In this document: positions 23,430 to 36,723 of the stretch, piece by piece
Numbering within the stretch: the stretch's first letter is position 1
Layout of the letters: each line of letters starts with the position of its first letter
NCBI RefSeq assembly: GCF_036321535.1
Contig: NC_087438.1
Coordinates: 10,294,001 to 10,358,000, forward strand
Direction of reading: 5' to 3'
DNA: 64,000 nucleotides
DNA from: Camelus dromedarius
Taxonomy: Eukaryota
The notes under the pieces: model-generated
What the model saw: the letters and a program-made list of their open reading frames with translations, nothing else
Told to the model about the DNA's origin: nothing
Database searches by the model: none
Position numbers and translations under genes: made by a program

Positions 23430-24380
23430 GTGAGTGGCTTTATCTCTGGGGACGTGGTCAGTGACTCTGGAAATCTAGATACTGTGCTGAAGTTTCATGA
23501 CAAGAAGTAAAAGTTTCCAGTCGAATTGACCATAGATTCTGGTGATTCTGTTGACATCTGCAAGAACCCGCCAGGCTTGCTTCATGAGGACTGATAGTCC
23601 AGAGGCTATTTATTAACACAGATTCAACTTTAAGCTTGTACTTACCTGTTACAGAAGTACGAGGAGGAAAGCTGGAAGCTTTCTGTAGGAACCCTCACTT
23701 CTCTCAGGCCGTGTCATCAGCTGTGACATCAGTTACTTCTTAGGGCTAAAAGGAAGCGTCGCCCTCCAGGAGCTGCTGGCTGGTGCTTGGTCTTTTCCTA
23801 AAAAGAAGGAGGAAGGAACTGAGGACGGAACAGATGTGTAGTGTGACCAAAATAAAGTGCACTTTCCACTGGCCCTCGGAAGCACATGGTTTTATTTTTA
23901 AGATCAAAAACGACAAAATCCAGCAGCAGCAGAAGCTCCTGTAGGTGGAGTCTGTGCGGCCCGAGCAGCCTGAGGAAGGTGGTGTGGACCAGAGCTGGTG
24001 GGTCGTCCTTGCTCCCTGCCCCAGCCGGCAGGAGACACTAGCATCTAAGCGGCTTCTCTGGATCCCTAAATTGTATCCTTAGCTGCTAAGCATAGCACTT
24101 CCCCAGAAGTAAACTGCTGGGGTAAACGTCTCTATTAGAAAGGGCTTAAAGGCTGACCTGGTTAACTGTTTGAAAGTCGCAATTACGTACCCTAGTTCAG
24201 AGCTACAGGTTTTGTAAAATTAAAATCTGGAGGGTATGGAGTTTTCACTGCACTTGATTAAAGTGATGGAATTTAGGAATTGCCTGAATTCTGGTATGCT
24301 TGGTCTAATTTCTGGCCTATCTCACTAGTAAAATGTTTTCAAACACCTTAATAACATGATACTGTTTTTACTGTCTGTAG

Positions 24381-24450
24381 TATATTCCTGAAGGAGCTGG
24401 AGAAATACGAGCAGCTGCCGGAGGACGTTGGACACTGCTTTGTCACTTGG
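24381..24450 (+). CDS. TRIO: TRIO coding exon (~exon 26), DH1
   Basis: ctgtag|T ATA...TGG|gtaatg; [23 protein letters not shown]; 70 nt. Confidence 0.96.
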
Positions 24451-24992
24451 GTAATGAAACCTCTCACTTGCCTCGTGGTTCCGAGGGAGGTTAGAAGGAG
24501 CACTGTTCATTCTCCGACATCAGCATTTTCTGCTGGTGTCTGTGTACTGAGAAGCAGACTCCCCGCCCCTCTTCAAAGAATTGCATTCTCCAGCTAGCTA
24601 TTACTGCGGAGGGAGCTTTTTATTGGCAATAGTGATGGTTTGAAATAGAACGTTGGGTTAGGGTGCCAGGCCTCTGTGTGGCCCTGGGGATTCGCAGGTC
24701 ACCGTGAGTGCACAGCCCTGCGCAGGGAGATTGTCCCGTTGGGAGGGAGGCAGGCAGGTGACCTGGTGAGCGGGCCCACATCTGTGTAAAGCACAGGTTT
24801 GCCTGCTTCACTTGGGCACTGGTGCTCAGGTGTGTCCTCCCAGCGGGATGTGTTTCTTATTTTAATAGCTTTCCTTATAAAATACGGCTTCTTTAATTTT
24901 GGATTTGAATCTCCTTCATACACACAACTGCTTTTCTGCATAAAAGTTTAACCATAATTTGACTTATTGCCACTTGAAAGAGTTAATTCTAA

Positions 24993-25127
<135 letters not shown>

Positions 25128-26633
25128 TGAGATTTTCTAAGTTGCGTTTGGTATACATAAAACCCAGCATGACTCATAACTTTCTCCTGATTGATGGTAT
25201 GATACCATTTTTATCTGTCACATTTATAATGAGATGTTCTTGTATTTTCTTCTGTTTTTTAGAAGATTCTTCTCAAGTACTGCAGGCTGTATATCTGTAA
25301 AAAAAAATACAGATTTTAGTATATACATGTGTGTATATATGTGATTACAATTTATGTACAGCCACAAATTTTTTACATGTAATATCATGCATATAAGTAT
25401 AAGCTATTCAATTAAGCTTCTTCTCTCCTCTGTAAAACAAAGATAACTTTGAATCTTTTTTAATCTTTATTTTTCCCATTTCAATTTCATGATGCTATTA
25501 ATTTCCAAAAACGGTCTACCAGTAAAACTGTACAGATAGCTCTGTAAAAACTAGGACCACTGGGAGGTTCATTAATTATATTCTCATTGGTATGAACATA
25601 AATGTAGTTCATCTTTTTTTTCAAATGTTGCAGGGAGGTTTATTTAGTGCAAAAGGGGTTAGAGCCTTTTGATAATATATACAGAATGCTTTGGGAGTTT
25701 CCAGAATATAAGTCACATGTGTGCCAAATTCATTTTGATTTAAAGATAAGGTACTTTAAATGTTACATGTAATTTGGTGCATGAGGCTACGAGGGTATTA
25801 GACTTGCTTCCGTCTTTACCCTCGTACCTGGTCAGGTGTGGTTATCTGCTCTTCTCTGGGAGCCTGGAGAATCAGAATAGATTTCAGCTTCTGTCTTCGA
25901 GGTGGAGCCCCGCCCTTGGAGGCCCCTATTTTGGTTGTCATTCTTACGACCCGTAGTTACACATCATGCCTCGGTGAATACGGAGCCTGCCCCTGCCCGG
26001 GGCGCCTTTTCGTTTCGGTATTTCACACGAGCCTGGTCTTTGCTGTGACATGGAGCCCAGCACCGAGGCTGCTGCAGGCAGAATTACTGATGGCCTGAGC
26101 GCTGAGGGCACATGGCATGTTTAATGCTGGGAATCAAAGTCATTTAAAAAAAAAAAACCCTGGTGCCCTGAGGAGGATGCCAAGACGGAGATACTGCAAA
26201 TACAGTAGATGGGTGTGGAAATGAGAGCAGACACGAGAGAGGAATTCCCCAGAGCATGAACAAAAGGAGCCTCCGGTGCGGAGGGGCGGGATGCGGTCTG
26301 TGACGCGGGCACACGTGTGGCCGGAGCTGCGGGAGCTGCAGCGGGGGTCTGAGCGCCGGGCAGCGCGGTGGTGGCCCGTGGGGACGGCACCAGCCCATGG
26401 GGACGGCACCGGGAGCTGCTCTCTGCTCCTGAAGGCCCGCGATGCAGAGGAAACACTGCTGTCTTCAGTGGTCAAAGTGATAACTTGACTGAGAGCTACT
26501 ATTCTATGTCCAGCTTATTAAAAGAATCAATAGTGGTTTCTACTTTATATTTACAGGAAAAGTGGTATGTTTGTATTCATTATGGGGGTAAATAAGTGTA
26601 AGTGTTCAGTTCATGCTAACTTACACAGTGATT

Positions 26634-26678
26634 ATGTGTGTGTGTGTGTGTACGTGTATGTATACACACACATGTATA
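26634..26678. repeat. (TG)n/(CA)n microsatellite just upstream of the exon ~28 acceptor
   Basis: tgtgtgtgtgtgtgtgtacgtgtatgtatacacacacatgtata. Confidence 0.85.
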
Positions 26679-26695
26679 ATTTTTTTTTAATTCAG

Positions 26696-26788
26696 GAGAT
26701 ACAGCAGCGGCATGGATTAGCCAATTCCATCTCTTCCTACCTTATTAAACCGGTGCAGCGAATAACGAAGTACCAGCTCCTTTTAAAA
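26696..26788 (+). CDS. TRIO: TRIO coding exon (~exon 28), DH1 conserved region ([11 protein letters not shown])
   Basis: attcag|GAG...AAA|gtatgt; [31 protein letters not shown]; 93 nt. Confidence 0.97.
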
Positions 26789-28776
26789 GTATGTATGAAG
26801 CACCTTCACACAGCCCACAAAATGTTATGAATTGTGCACTACTGCTCTGACATTTTTTCTATTCAGTGCATTTGTTTTCCTGACCAGTTTCTCAGTGCAT
26901 CAGGTAAATAAGACTGTGTTCCTTGATCGAGCACCTGAACTTCGCTGAATGACCCTAGTCTGCAACATAAAATGAGAAAGGAAAGGGAAATTATCAGTAC
27001 CAGTTTTATTAGTACCAGTTTTCCCAGTATGGCTTGTGTCAAACTGACCTCTGCTTTTTTTTTTTTTTTTTTTGTATGAAAGATTATAATTAAAATCCCA
27101 CTTGTAAAAATCAAAAAACAATTAGTCTTGACAATAGAATGGTAAAGAAAACTTAGAATTTGTGGTAAGAGTTGTTACAGAATTCATTATAGATAATTGA
27201 TACACATCATCTAGACTAAAAGAAAAATAATTTACCACCTCTGTCTCATAATAGAAGTTTCCTTGGCTGGTGAACATCATTGAGCCTTAGAACGTACCCA
27301 TCATCCATGCCTCCCAGTAACAGTATTTCATGAACCCAGCTATGTCCCCAGTTCAATCCTAGCTCAACAGGAGGCGATAATGTAATTTTGCTAGATAGAA
27401 ATGAAATACAGAAGAAGTTATGAATGCCTGAAACCCTTCTTTACTCTTTTTGTTAATAAAAAAAATCTAGCAACAGTAAAAAGTGGCTGCATTCTCTTGT
27501 GAAGGGGGACCGTTATGGCATTCTTCTACTGGAAAGGCTCTCCAGCGCTCTGTGTCAGAATCCCGTGAAGTGACTTGATGGCCATCGCGGGAGAAGTATG
27601 TGGTTGCTGTAAACACAAAATAGAAGCCAGGAGGCTAAGTTGTTTATATGCATGTTTGCCCTTTGCTTTCTAACTCTGCAAGGGCAGTTTATTGCTTAGT
27701 GTCCTCAAGATTGATGGGTTTGGTTTTTAGCATATGGTTCTACTAAAGATCTCTTCCTCAGTGACCTCACATCTAGTCATTCACTATTAAACCGCTGCTT
27801 TAATTTATAAACCTGACTTTATTCTGCCCAGGAGTTCTTCAGGAGAGCAGTAATGAGCTATGTTGAGGACCCTAACGAGGAGGATTTTCTGCCAGTAAAA
27901 TTAGTCTCAGTGCATTGCATTTTCAAAGCACTTTTTGCCAAGCTACTCACAATAATGGGTCACACCATCTGGCCTTGAGAAAAGGTGTCCATCAGGTAGC
28001 TGCGTTGCTGTAAAGCATCCAGGGTGCAGCCAGAGCCACCTGCAGTGTGACATCCTCTTGTTGGACACTGGGATACAAAAAGCTGTTGTTACTATTACAG
28101 ATGAATAATAACCAGTAAGACACTGGTGCGAATCTATCTTGGAGCCCACCAGAATGTGAATCTGTTGTCCCTGCTGTCACTTAGTTAATGACAGGCATTC
28201 ATTTGTCTACGTAGATCTAAAATGTAAGTACACCCAGCGAGGTGTACTTAAAATCATTAGAGCTTTCTGAGGTCCCAGCACAGAGGAGAGCATTTCCCTG
28301 CAGGTTTCTGTGCAGCGATGCCCTTCCTGCTGTGAGCAGGGTGGTTCCAGGGTCGAGGGGACATCGCTTTCATGGCCCCAAAGAGCTCAGAACCATGCCA
28401 GGATCCAGTGGAAAACAGCAGTACTAGTCAGAGTCCGGCTTGACCTTCAGCTAGAACCAGCAGCTGAATGTGCCTCGCTGCACTAATTAAATATTTTTGT
28501 CACTTTTGAGGCTTGGTAGTTAACGCGTACGCTAATTCCATCTTAAACTGACTGCATCTGGTTTACTGTGAGGTGAAGAAACAGCCTGACTTGAGCAGGA
28601 CAGACCCTTTCCTCCGTTGGATAAAGAGATGGTGATTGGCTTTCCATGAGAATCTCTGCCCAGTTGACCACAGTCTGTTTTTATCTCGAAAGTCACGGGT
28701 TTTCATACCCATTTCTGCGAAGGCCTAGTTGGCGGAGCATTTCGGGGTCTTGGGCTCATGGTGTGGTCTCCCACAG

Positions 28777-28888
28777 GAGCTGCTCACATGCTGCGAGGAA
28801 GGGAAGGGGGAGATCAAGGACGGCCTGGAGGTGATGCTCAGTGTGCCCAAGCGGGCCAACGACGCCATGCACCTCAGCATGCTGGAAG
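28777..28888 (+). CDS. TRIO: TRIO coding exon (~exon 29), end of DH1
   Basis: ccacag|GAG...GAA G|gtgggt; [37 protein letters not shown]; 112 nt. Confidence 0.97.
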
Positions 28889-30462
28889 GTGGGTCCCCGC
28901 CGTCACTGCCCACGCCCTCCCGCGCCTGGATGGCCCGGCTTCGTGCCTCTGTGTTTAGTCGGGAGTTACCAGCTGAGATGCCGGCGCCTTCTTTTTTAAG
29001 CAGTTGGTCTCATTACGTCCCTTAAGGATCACGTGATATACTTCAACCTCATTAGAAGCCTGTCGTTGTCCCCTCATCGGAGAGCTGCCTCTCTCTGCTC
29101 TGAACCCTTGTGGCACCTCCTGTCACTTGCCGGCGGCTGCCTGGTCTCCGTGTTAGATGGACAGGTCGATCCTTCCCCTCAGATGTAAAATCCTAACAGA
29201 GCTTGTATCTTCCCCATCTCTGCATCCACTGCCCCACTTGCTCGAGCTTTGAATTAAGCAGGTACTACATCCCCTCCTGTGCAGCTGAACAGGGTGTGTA
29301 ATGTGGCAAAGAGAGAGTCAGTTAAATACGCTTAAAAATTATCGTCACAGGTAAAATTTCCACGAATGCTTCTGTTTAAGAAAGCTATCTTGGTGTTACA
29401 GCTTAACTCTGATTTTCAGGCTACACGGAGTTATTTAAAGAAGTGATCCAGCCCCAGGTGCTTTGCCAGCCTGTTGTCACCATCAGTCGCGTGGAACAGT
29501 ACACTAGTTAGGGCGGGGGAGCAGCTGTTTGTTACAGATACCCCCAAAATCAGAGGCCAAGCCGGAACACCCTTTCTTTCCTTGATGTAAAATCCCGAGC
29601 TGGTGCGCGGCCCTCACGAAGTCACCGAGGACTCAGTTGCTGTCCGGCTGGTCTCTCTCCAGCCCCAGGGTGTTGTCCTGGTTGACCAGGTGCAGGAGGT
29701 GTCAAGGCCATGGTAGCGCGTTCCATCCAGCAGGCAGTGGGGAGAGAGGGAGCCTAGGTGAGCGCAGGTGTGGCTCCCTGACCACACAGGGGCTGGGAAT
29801 CGCTGTGCTGGTTTGAGCGTCACAGAGGGCAACTTCTAGTACAGAAGAGGGGACGGGTGGAAGCTAGGAGATAACTAGTCACCCCTGCCTCAGTGGGGCC
29901 ACTTCACGACCAGACAGCAGCAGTGAAACCAGCCAGTGGCCAAAGCAAGGCTCAACTTGCTTAAAGAGTTTTGTGCTCAAAGGAGAGAAAATTCCCCAGG
30001 GAAGGGTCGTCAGGGATGTCTCCCTGCAGGAAGGCCAGACCAGGGCCTCAAAGACAGGCTGAGGCTTCATTCAGCAGGATGTCTGGGAAGAGGAGGGTCA
30101 GGCTGAGGAGGCAAAGGGTCGAGACGCAGGCTGAAAGTGGATGGCGGCCAGTGAGGGAGTCCGGGAGCCATTCTGGAAGAAGTCTTGTGTGTGGGAATGC
30201 TGTGATGACGGCTGAGGCGGGAGGGTGTTAAAGCAGGTCTCAAATGGTGAGGATAAAGCTGTGAGGAATCGAAGGGAAGGTATATGCAGAGCTGTGTCAT
30301 ATGGGTCAGTGCTGGGGAGACTGAAGCCAGAGGGGAATCTCTATTCTGAGATTTAATTGATGGACATTTTACAAATGTTTCAGTAGCCGTAATGCGGTCT
30401 CACGCATCATCTTTTATTTGCTTTCAAATTGACTGTGCCCTTTTTTTTTCTTCATTTTCTAG

Positions 30463-30653
30463 GGTTTGATGAAAACATTGAGTCTCAGGGAGAACTCATC
30501 CTGCAGGAATCCTTCCAAGTGTGGGACCCGAAAACCTTAATTCGAAAGGGTCGAGAGCGGCACCTCTTCCTTTTTGAAATGTCCTTAGTATTTAGCAAAG
30601 AAGTGAAAGATTCCAGTGGGAGAAGCAAGTACCTTTATAAAAGCAAATTGTTT
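30463..30653 (+). CDS. TRIO: TRIO coding exon (~exon 30), PH1
   Basis: ttctag|GG TTT...TTT|gtaagt; (G)FDENIESQGELILQESFQVWDPKTLIRKGRERHLFLFEMSLVFSKEVKDSSGRSKYLYKSKLF; 191 nt. Confidence 0.97.
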
Positions 30654-30824
30654 GTAAGTACAGGCCTTCGAGATTGTAAGTTTAAAGGTAACACAATTGC
30701 AGCTTTTTTGCAGGTAGAGGAAAATTACTGTTTGTTGCCTTCATTTAACCTCCCAAACTGTCCTAAAATGTGAGTCAGAAATTGTCATAGTTTCATCTTC
30801 AGTGAAATTATCGCAGGCTTGAGT

Positions 30825-30840
30825 CCACTAGAGGGCGCTC
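30825..30840 (+). promoter_or_regulatory. CTCF consensus motif
   Basis: CCACTAGAGGGCGCTC, perfect core; ~170 bp downstream of exon ~30. Confidence 0.65.
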
Positions 30841-32629
30841 GTGAGTTTGAGCAGCCCTTGACTTGGGAAACTTTCTAAATTCCGTAGAAACTAACTGTGG
30901 GATAAGAAAACACTTTGCAAGTGAATTGAAATCATTTATCTCCCGTGTGCCCTTAACTAGCTTTATATAAATTGACCATATCAGACTGTGGTTAAGTGAG
31001 TTCTCATATCATCATAATGAGTTTTCCATTCACCAACATTGGAATTTACTTAAGCAGCCTTATAGGGTGGCTCATCGTGGGCTGTTAATGATGAGATTTG
31101 GGGTTTTTTTCGCTAAAAATAAATCTATGAAAAATAGATTTACAGTTCTTTACAGCAGCAAAGTATGGCTATTAGAGAAAATGTCTGTGAGCAAAAATAG
31201 TTTTCAAGATCCACAACCCCAGCTGCCTAGCGACAGCCTCCCTCGAGTGCTTGGTAGACACAGTGATGCATTTGAATTCTTATTTCACTTGTCAGTGTAC
31301 TTCCTGGCAAGAGAAATGTATATGGTACTTTTTTTCCACTGGTGGCAACCCCAACCAAGTCTCTGTAAACCACAAGACGACTCTCAGAAAAGTCTCGGGC
31401 AGGTGTTGTCCTCTGGGTCCTCTGACCTCCATCTTCCCTTTGTGGTCATGATCTCAGAGGGCTCAGCACAGGACTGCTGGGCAGGGTTGGGCAGGGGCCG
31501 GTGGGCAAAACGAGGGAAAATCACAATCAGAGAAACAATAGACAATGCAGTAGAATTTGGTTTCTTCTTCACAAGTTATGACAGAGCACTTAGACATATT
31601 GGTAGATACTTGGAATTTGGACAACTTATATGTTATACATTTTTATGACACCCATGTATTAATCAGATCTCCAAAGTAACAGAATACTACCCAGTGCAGA
31701 AATCATCTTAATAATAATCTGGAATTTGCAAGTTCAAACTAATGATTTTCATACCATTTTCTTTGGCTTGTATCCTGTTTGAGATTGTCTTCTGGATCAC
31801 CGCCCACCTTACATCATTTTAGATCATATTGTAACTGGACAGAAACAATGCAGCCTTCCTGGCTGGTCATTTCACTAGCTGGCTTTAGTCAGTCCTTAGA
31901 GGCCAAGCTGGTCTGTTTTAGAAGCTGATACTTCTTCACTTCATCTTTTAAAAGTTAAGCTCCCCTCAGAGGACACGATGATGAATCACTTCCTCTGCTG
32001 GGGGCGGGGGAGAGAACACACTGGGGTGGACTTGATTGTGGGGGAGGGGCTGAAGATGTTGGCCTTCATCTCTGCTCTTCCATGTTCTGCACGTTGCAGA
32101 TGCACGTATTACAGAGAGAAAGTTCGTCTCAGCCATTAAAGTTATTGGTGAACTACTAAAGCTTAATGCTGTGGATGAACACATTGGAAAATAACTGAGC
32201 GTTAAAACATCATTTGTCTTCTGTGAAACTACTTCCTTAATGAAAATACACAGTGGCAGCTCTTTTGCAACTGGAACAGACAAAGTTTACTGTTTGTCAG
32301 GTTGAAAATAGACAACTCGTGATTTTCCAGATAATGACGTTTGCAAATAGTTTGGTTTTCTTCTTCATTTGCTGGTTGACTCGCATCAGGATCTCTAGAC
32401 GAGGTACTCAGAGGAAGTGAAAGAGATTAAGCCAATTGTGTGTAGCCTAAGAACAAAATTTTATCATTTTAACTCAAGTGAGAGCTAAGGATTATGTATC
32501 AACGTGAACAAACTATGATGTTATAAGCTAGCATGATCACAAGTCACCAGAAATGATTTTCTTAGTCTTTGTTCTATATCCTGCCAGAATTGTACTGTCG
32601 CCTAACTATATAATTGTCTCTTTATGCAG

Positions 32630-32731
32630 ACCTCAGAGTTGGGTGTCACAGAACACGTTGAAGGAGATCCTTGCAAATTTGCACTGTGGGTGGGGAGGAC
32701 TCCAACCTCAGATAATAAAATTGTCCTTAAG
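32630..32731 (+). CDS. TRIO: TRIO coding exon (~exon 31), PH1
   Basis: atgcag|ACC...AAG|gtacgt; TSELGVTEHVEGDPCKFALWVGRTPTSDNKIVLK; 102 nt. Confidence 0.97.
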
Positions 32732-34102
32732 GTACGTCTGTTTGAAGTTTGGAACTGTGCTTTGTGACAAGTTTATCTATGTATACTTTTTCCTGTTGTT
32801 GGACCTGTTGGTTTCCATAGCCTTTGATTTGTTCTGTCTGTGCTCTGTTGAGATTGGTGATTACCATAGAAAGAACAGTGGAATAAATCCGGTTTGGTGT
32901 TCTAGTAGTGAAGTAATTTGAGCTAAACGGTTGCTTGCTCACCAAGAAATCAGGTGGAGAAAGGTCTTTCCGAGTGTCTCCATTCCCCCAGTCTTGCAGA
33001 GAATTGGGTGATTCCATAAGAGTTGCAGGAAGTTGAGAAACAGAAGGAGGGAGACATGGGCCAGTAGCTCCCGTTGTACACTTGGCCTCTGGTTTTCAGA
33101 GGAAAACAGGCACCTGATGAATTTGTGAGGGCCTTTGACAGTTTCAAGGCTGCGCGGGCCAGGAGTCTTCACGGGGTCCTAGACTCTGGCTTTCTAATTT
33201 GGAGGCAGATTAAAAAGAGGGGGTGATGATCAGGTACAGTGTTCAAAACGCTGAGGGTGCTTTGCACACTGTCTTTGAGGGAGGAATGTATCTTTGAATA
33301 TTTGATTTGAACTCTGTTTTGATTGTACAAATCTCTCCTAGGAGTGATACAGGGCTCTGGAGTGTCTTTTGGGCTTCCCTCCTTCTGCCTTTGAGAAGAT
33401 ACAGATGGAACTGTCTTTTTGAGCTGTCTGGAAAGACCATAAGCGACTTCAGGATGTTTTGGGGCAGATGTAGTGGAAGATTTGTAGAATATTGGGAGAC
33501 GAGCCAGAAGCTTAATGGGCCTCTGGTGTGGGGACTTGCATGTCAGCGATTTTGTCCCTTGCATTCCTTTTAATCTCTCTACGGTATTTCCAGCAACTGT
33601 GAGTTTTTCAAGCAGACATCGCCTGTGCTTCAGTGACCGCTGACTGTGGAAGCCACTGTGTTCCTAAGGTCTTTATTCTCATGGAAATGATGGATTGTTT
33701 CGTGATGACTATATGATTACTAACCCAGTGTGTTCTTGTTAGTACTGGCGTGAAGCCCTATAAAATGTAAATTGCACTGATAGCTAAATATTAGATAGCT
33801 GAGCTTTTTTAAGGCATAAAATTTTGAAGTATACTCAAGGCCTTAAAATGTCCAACTGAAGTTGAGTATTTATCCAGATTAGCTGCAGTGACAAAAGCCA
33901 AAGGGTGCATCTGAGAAACAGTGCCAGATACGTTAGCCAGATACGGACTACGTTCACATAGGATGTGATAAGACACTCATGATGCCATCGGAGAGTAAGT
34001 CTTCCTGCAGGCTTTACCAAATGGAAGTTTTCTAGATTTAGGGTAATATTTTTCTGGCTTCTAATGAGAGACTAAAGGAAATGATGTCCCCATTAATTTC
34101 AG

Positions 34103-34265
34103 GGGTGGCTTTGTGGTGCTGGTGATGGTGGTGGTGGATATTTTAGCAGCGGTTCTGGCGGCTGTGGTCTAGATGGTGGTGAGGGTGTAGACAGTGGTAG
34201 AGATGGTGATGGTGTAGATGGTGGTGGTGACAGTAATGGTGGCAATGACAGAGCTGTGATGGCCT
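34103..34265. repeat. Degenerate (GGT/GAT)n trinucleotide low-complexity tract
   Basis: ggtgctggtgatggtggtggtgg...gatggtgatggtgtagatggtggtggtgacagtaatggtggcaatg. Confidence 0.8.
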
Positions 34266-35890
34266 GGTCTTTGTAGAACTAAATTGTGACCTTTTTTACC
34301 TTTATAGTTGGAAAGGGGAATTTTATTTCTAAATTCTTTCTCAAGCAGATCAAGACTACCAAGACTATGGAACAAATTATTCCCTCCTCTTATCCAGGGG
34401 GACCTTTTACTTCGCCCTTTAGGTGGTTACCTTTCTCATACTGCTCCTGAAAAATTGGTACCTTTTATCCTCATTTAATTTCTCTAAGGTTAGGAGAATT
34501 GCTCTCGATAAATGTCATTCTCCATTGTCTCCAAACTCTGCCAAGTGTTCTGTTCAGATACTTCTCTTTGTTTAACCTCCCAAACGTGTGTATCAAGCAT
34601 TTAAATTCTAATAGTTCTGTGTTGTTCACAGGTTTCCATCTGAGATGCTTATTTCACGCACAGACTCCCCTGTCCCCTAGTCACCCTGCCTCCCACCCCA
34701 GAAGAAACGGGTTTTACTGCTCTCTTGACATCTGATCTGGGAAGAGGAGCAAGGGGCTCCTTGTTCCTGCGTTTCTTTCCCTGTTCCTCCCCCTAAACAA
34801 CTTTGGAGACACATCTCCCGTTCAAACATTTTATTTAGAAAGCGCATTCTCGATTTTAATTTCCTTTCCCAGCATGGGCTCTGACTGTATTTTCAAGAAC
34901 ACAGTGCACCATGAGGAAGCACTGGGTTCTCCTCCCTTCGTGATCTCATCCGTAATCCCACTGACAATTGTTTTAATCCTTTACAGGGAATTGTGCTTAT
35001 ATCATAGGAGGTTGATGTTTTCCGTAAGGAAATTTAAAACTGTTACTAAGGCCTAGAACATGTTTTTTTTTTTTTTTTTAAAAACAACCTCTTTTGAGGT
35101 GCAGTGAAAGGAAAAAATCTGGAAAAAGTGATGCCATATGTGTTCATTGAACAAATGCTTGTTAGTATCTGCTACGTGTCGTTGTCAGAGACCCTCCCTT
35201 CAGAGCTGCGGGGAGGTGAGGGAAATCCGCCCTGTGTCATTGGCAGTGGGTCACCCTGGTCTATCCCAGTGGTATAACCAGAGGTAGCTACACACAGAGT
35301 TTTGCAGGGACGGGCTCAGGCGTCCACCCCCCCGGAAATTCCGGCGTGTTCACCTGCCGGCAGCGTGACCTTGGGCGCATTTCTAGTGTGTCCATGTTGC
35401 AGTTCCTCATTTATAACAGGAGGATCAGGGAGGCCCCGGCTCCACAGGGTGTGAGTGGGTGCAGTCCTGGGGGCAAGGCGGCCAGATGTGTGGGTGCGCA
35501 TTCACATCCCTGCTGACCCTCCATGGGCTGCTGACCACTCGTCTTCGCCTAAAGGACCTCAGGACACTTGGGTTTGAGGGCTGATTGTGTTTTCATATTT
35601 ACCCAGAGTTGTTTAAAAGGTCATGGGGCTGGGAAAGGATAGATTACTTGACTTTTCAGAGACCTGGAATAACATGAACACTATAAAATAAAAATGGTTT
35701 TGATGATAAAATATTCAAGATCAGGGTCATTTATTTGGTGGCAAATTAAATGCAGGATGTGGTTGCTTTTCTGCTGAGAAGTTATTTTTAAAACGGGCGA
35801 CTCAAGGAACGCGAGGCCCTGAGTGTGGTGAGTGCAGGGTCTGAAAAGGGCCCCTTCTGTGTCGTGATCGACTCTTAATGCCTTGTCAAG

Positions 35891-36033
35891 GCCTCCAGTA
35901 TAGAGAACAAGCAGGACTGGATCAAACACATCCGGGAGGTGATCCAGGAGAGAACCATCCACCTGAAAGGCGCCCTGAAGGAGCCCATCCACATCCCCAA
36001 GACGGCTCCGGCGGCCAGACAGAGGGGAAGGAG
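35891..36033 (+). CDS. TRIO: TRIO coding exon (~exon 32), end of PH1
   Basis: gtcaag|GCC...AG|gtgcgt; ASSIENKQDWIKHIREVIQERTIHLKGALKEPIHIPKTAPAARQRGR(R); 143 nt. Confidence 0.96.
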
Positions 36034-36299
36034 GTGCGTGCCGGGGGCTTTTTCCTACGCTTGTTTTCCCATAAGGAACAAGGCGATGGTAACTTACTCT
36101 TTTTCACAAGTCATTTTTCTTAAATATTTTGAAGAATATTTTTTTAAAAAATACAGTTCATACATAACATCATTCTTAGTAATGAAATTGCTTCTAGATG
36201 AGAACCCCTTTGACTTAAAGTAAATGAAGGTCTGCATGCAAATCCCTAATCATGTCCCTTTTCCCCCCAAGTGTTAATCTGTGCACATGTGTCAGTCAT

Positions 36300-36470
36300 G
36301 CATGTGACCTTGGACAAGTTATGTAGCTTCTCATTTCTAAAATGGCAGTGATCATACAACTGTATTTCATTATCGTGAGAACTCAGTGAGATGATAGATG
36401 TTAGACACTCAGCCCGGTGCCTGGCAAAAAGCCTGTCCTCAGGGAAGAGTCATTATCGCTGTGTGTGACT
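36300..36470 (+). mobile_element. MIR SINE
   Basis: tgtgaccttggacaagtta...ttctcatttctaaaatggcagtgat...tcagcccggtgcctggca. Confidence 0.65.
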
Positions 36471-36623
36471 ATTACCATCATTAATACAGTGGTGGTGGCC
36501 GCAGTCACGCAGACTGATTTGCACCTCTGAACAAATCTGTTATTTCTCCAATGGCTGGTAGACAGTCTTCACAAGTCTTAAAAAACAAATCCAGCGGTGT
36601 CAGGAATTTCTTTGTATCCCCAG

Positions 36624-36723
36624 GGATGGAGAGGATCTGGATAGCCAGGGTGACGGCAGCAGCCAGCCTGATACCATTTCAATTGCCTCCCGGACATCTC
36701 AGAACACGCTGGACAGTGACAAG
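36624..36723 (+). CDS. TRIO: TRIO coding exon (~exon 33), PH1-SH3 linker
   Basis: ccccag|G GAT...AAG|gtaagc; DGEDLDSQGDGSSQPDTISIASRTSQNTLDSDK; 100 nt. Confidence 0.96.

Noticed and set aside
31067..31648. 193-aa ORF
   Set aside because: Non-ATG start and no recognisable homology; intronic background
32672..32683. Perfect palindrome TGCAAATTTGCA
   Set aside because: 12 bp inside coding sequence (CKFA); expected by chance in 64 kb
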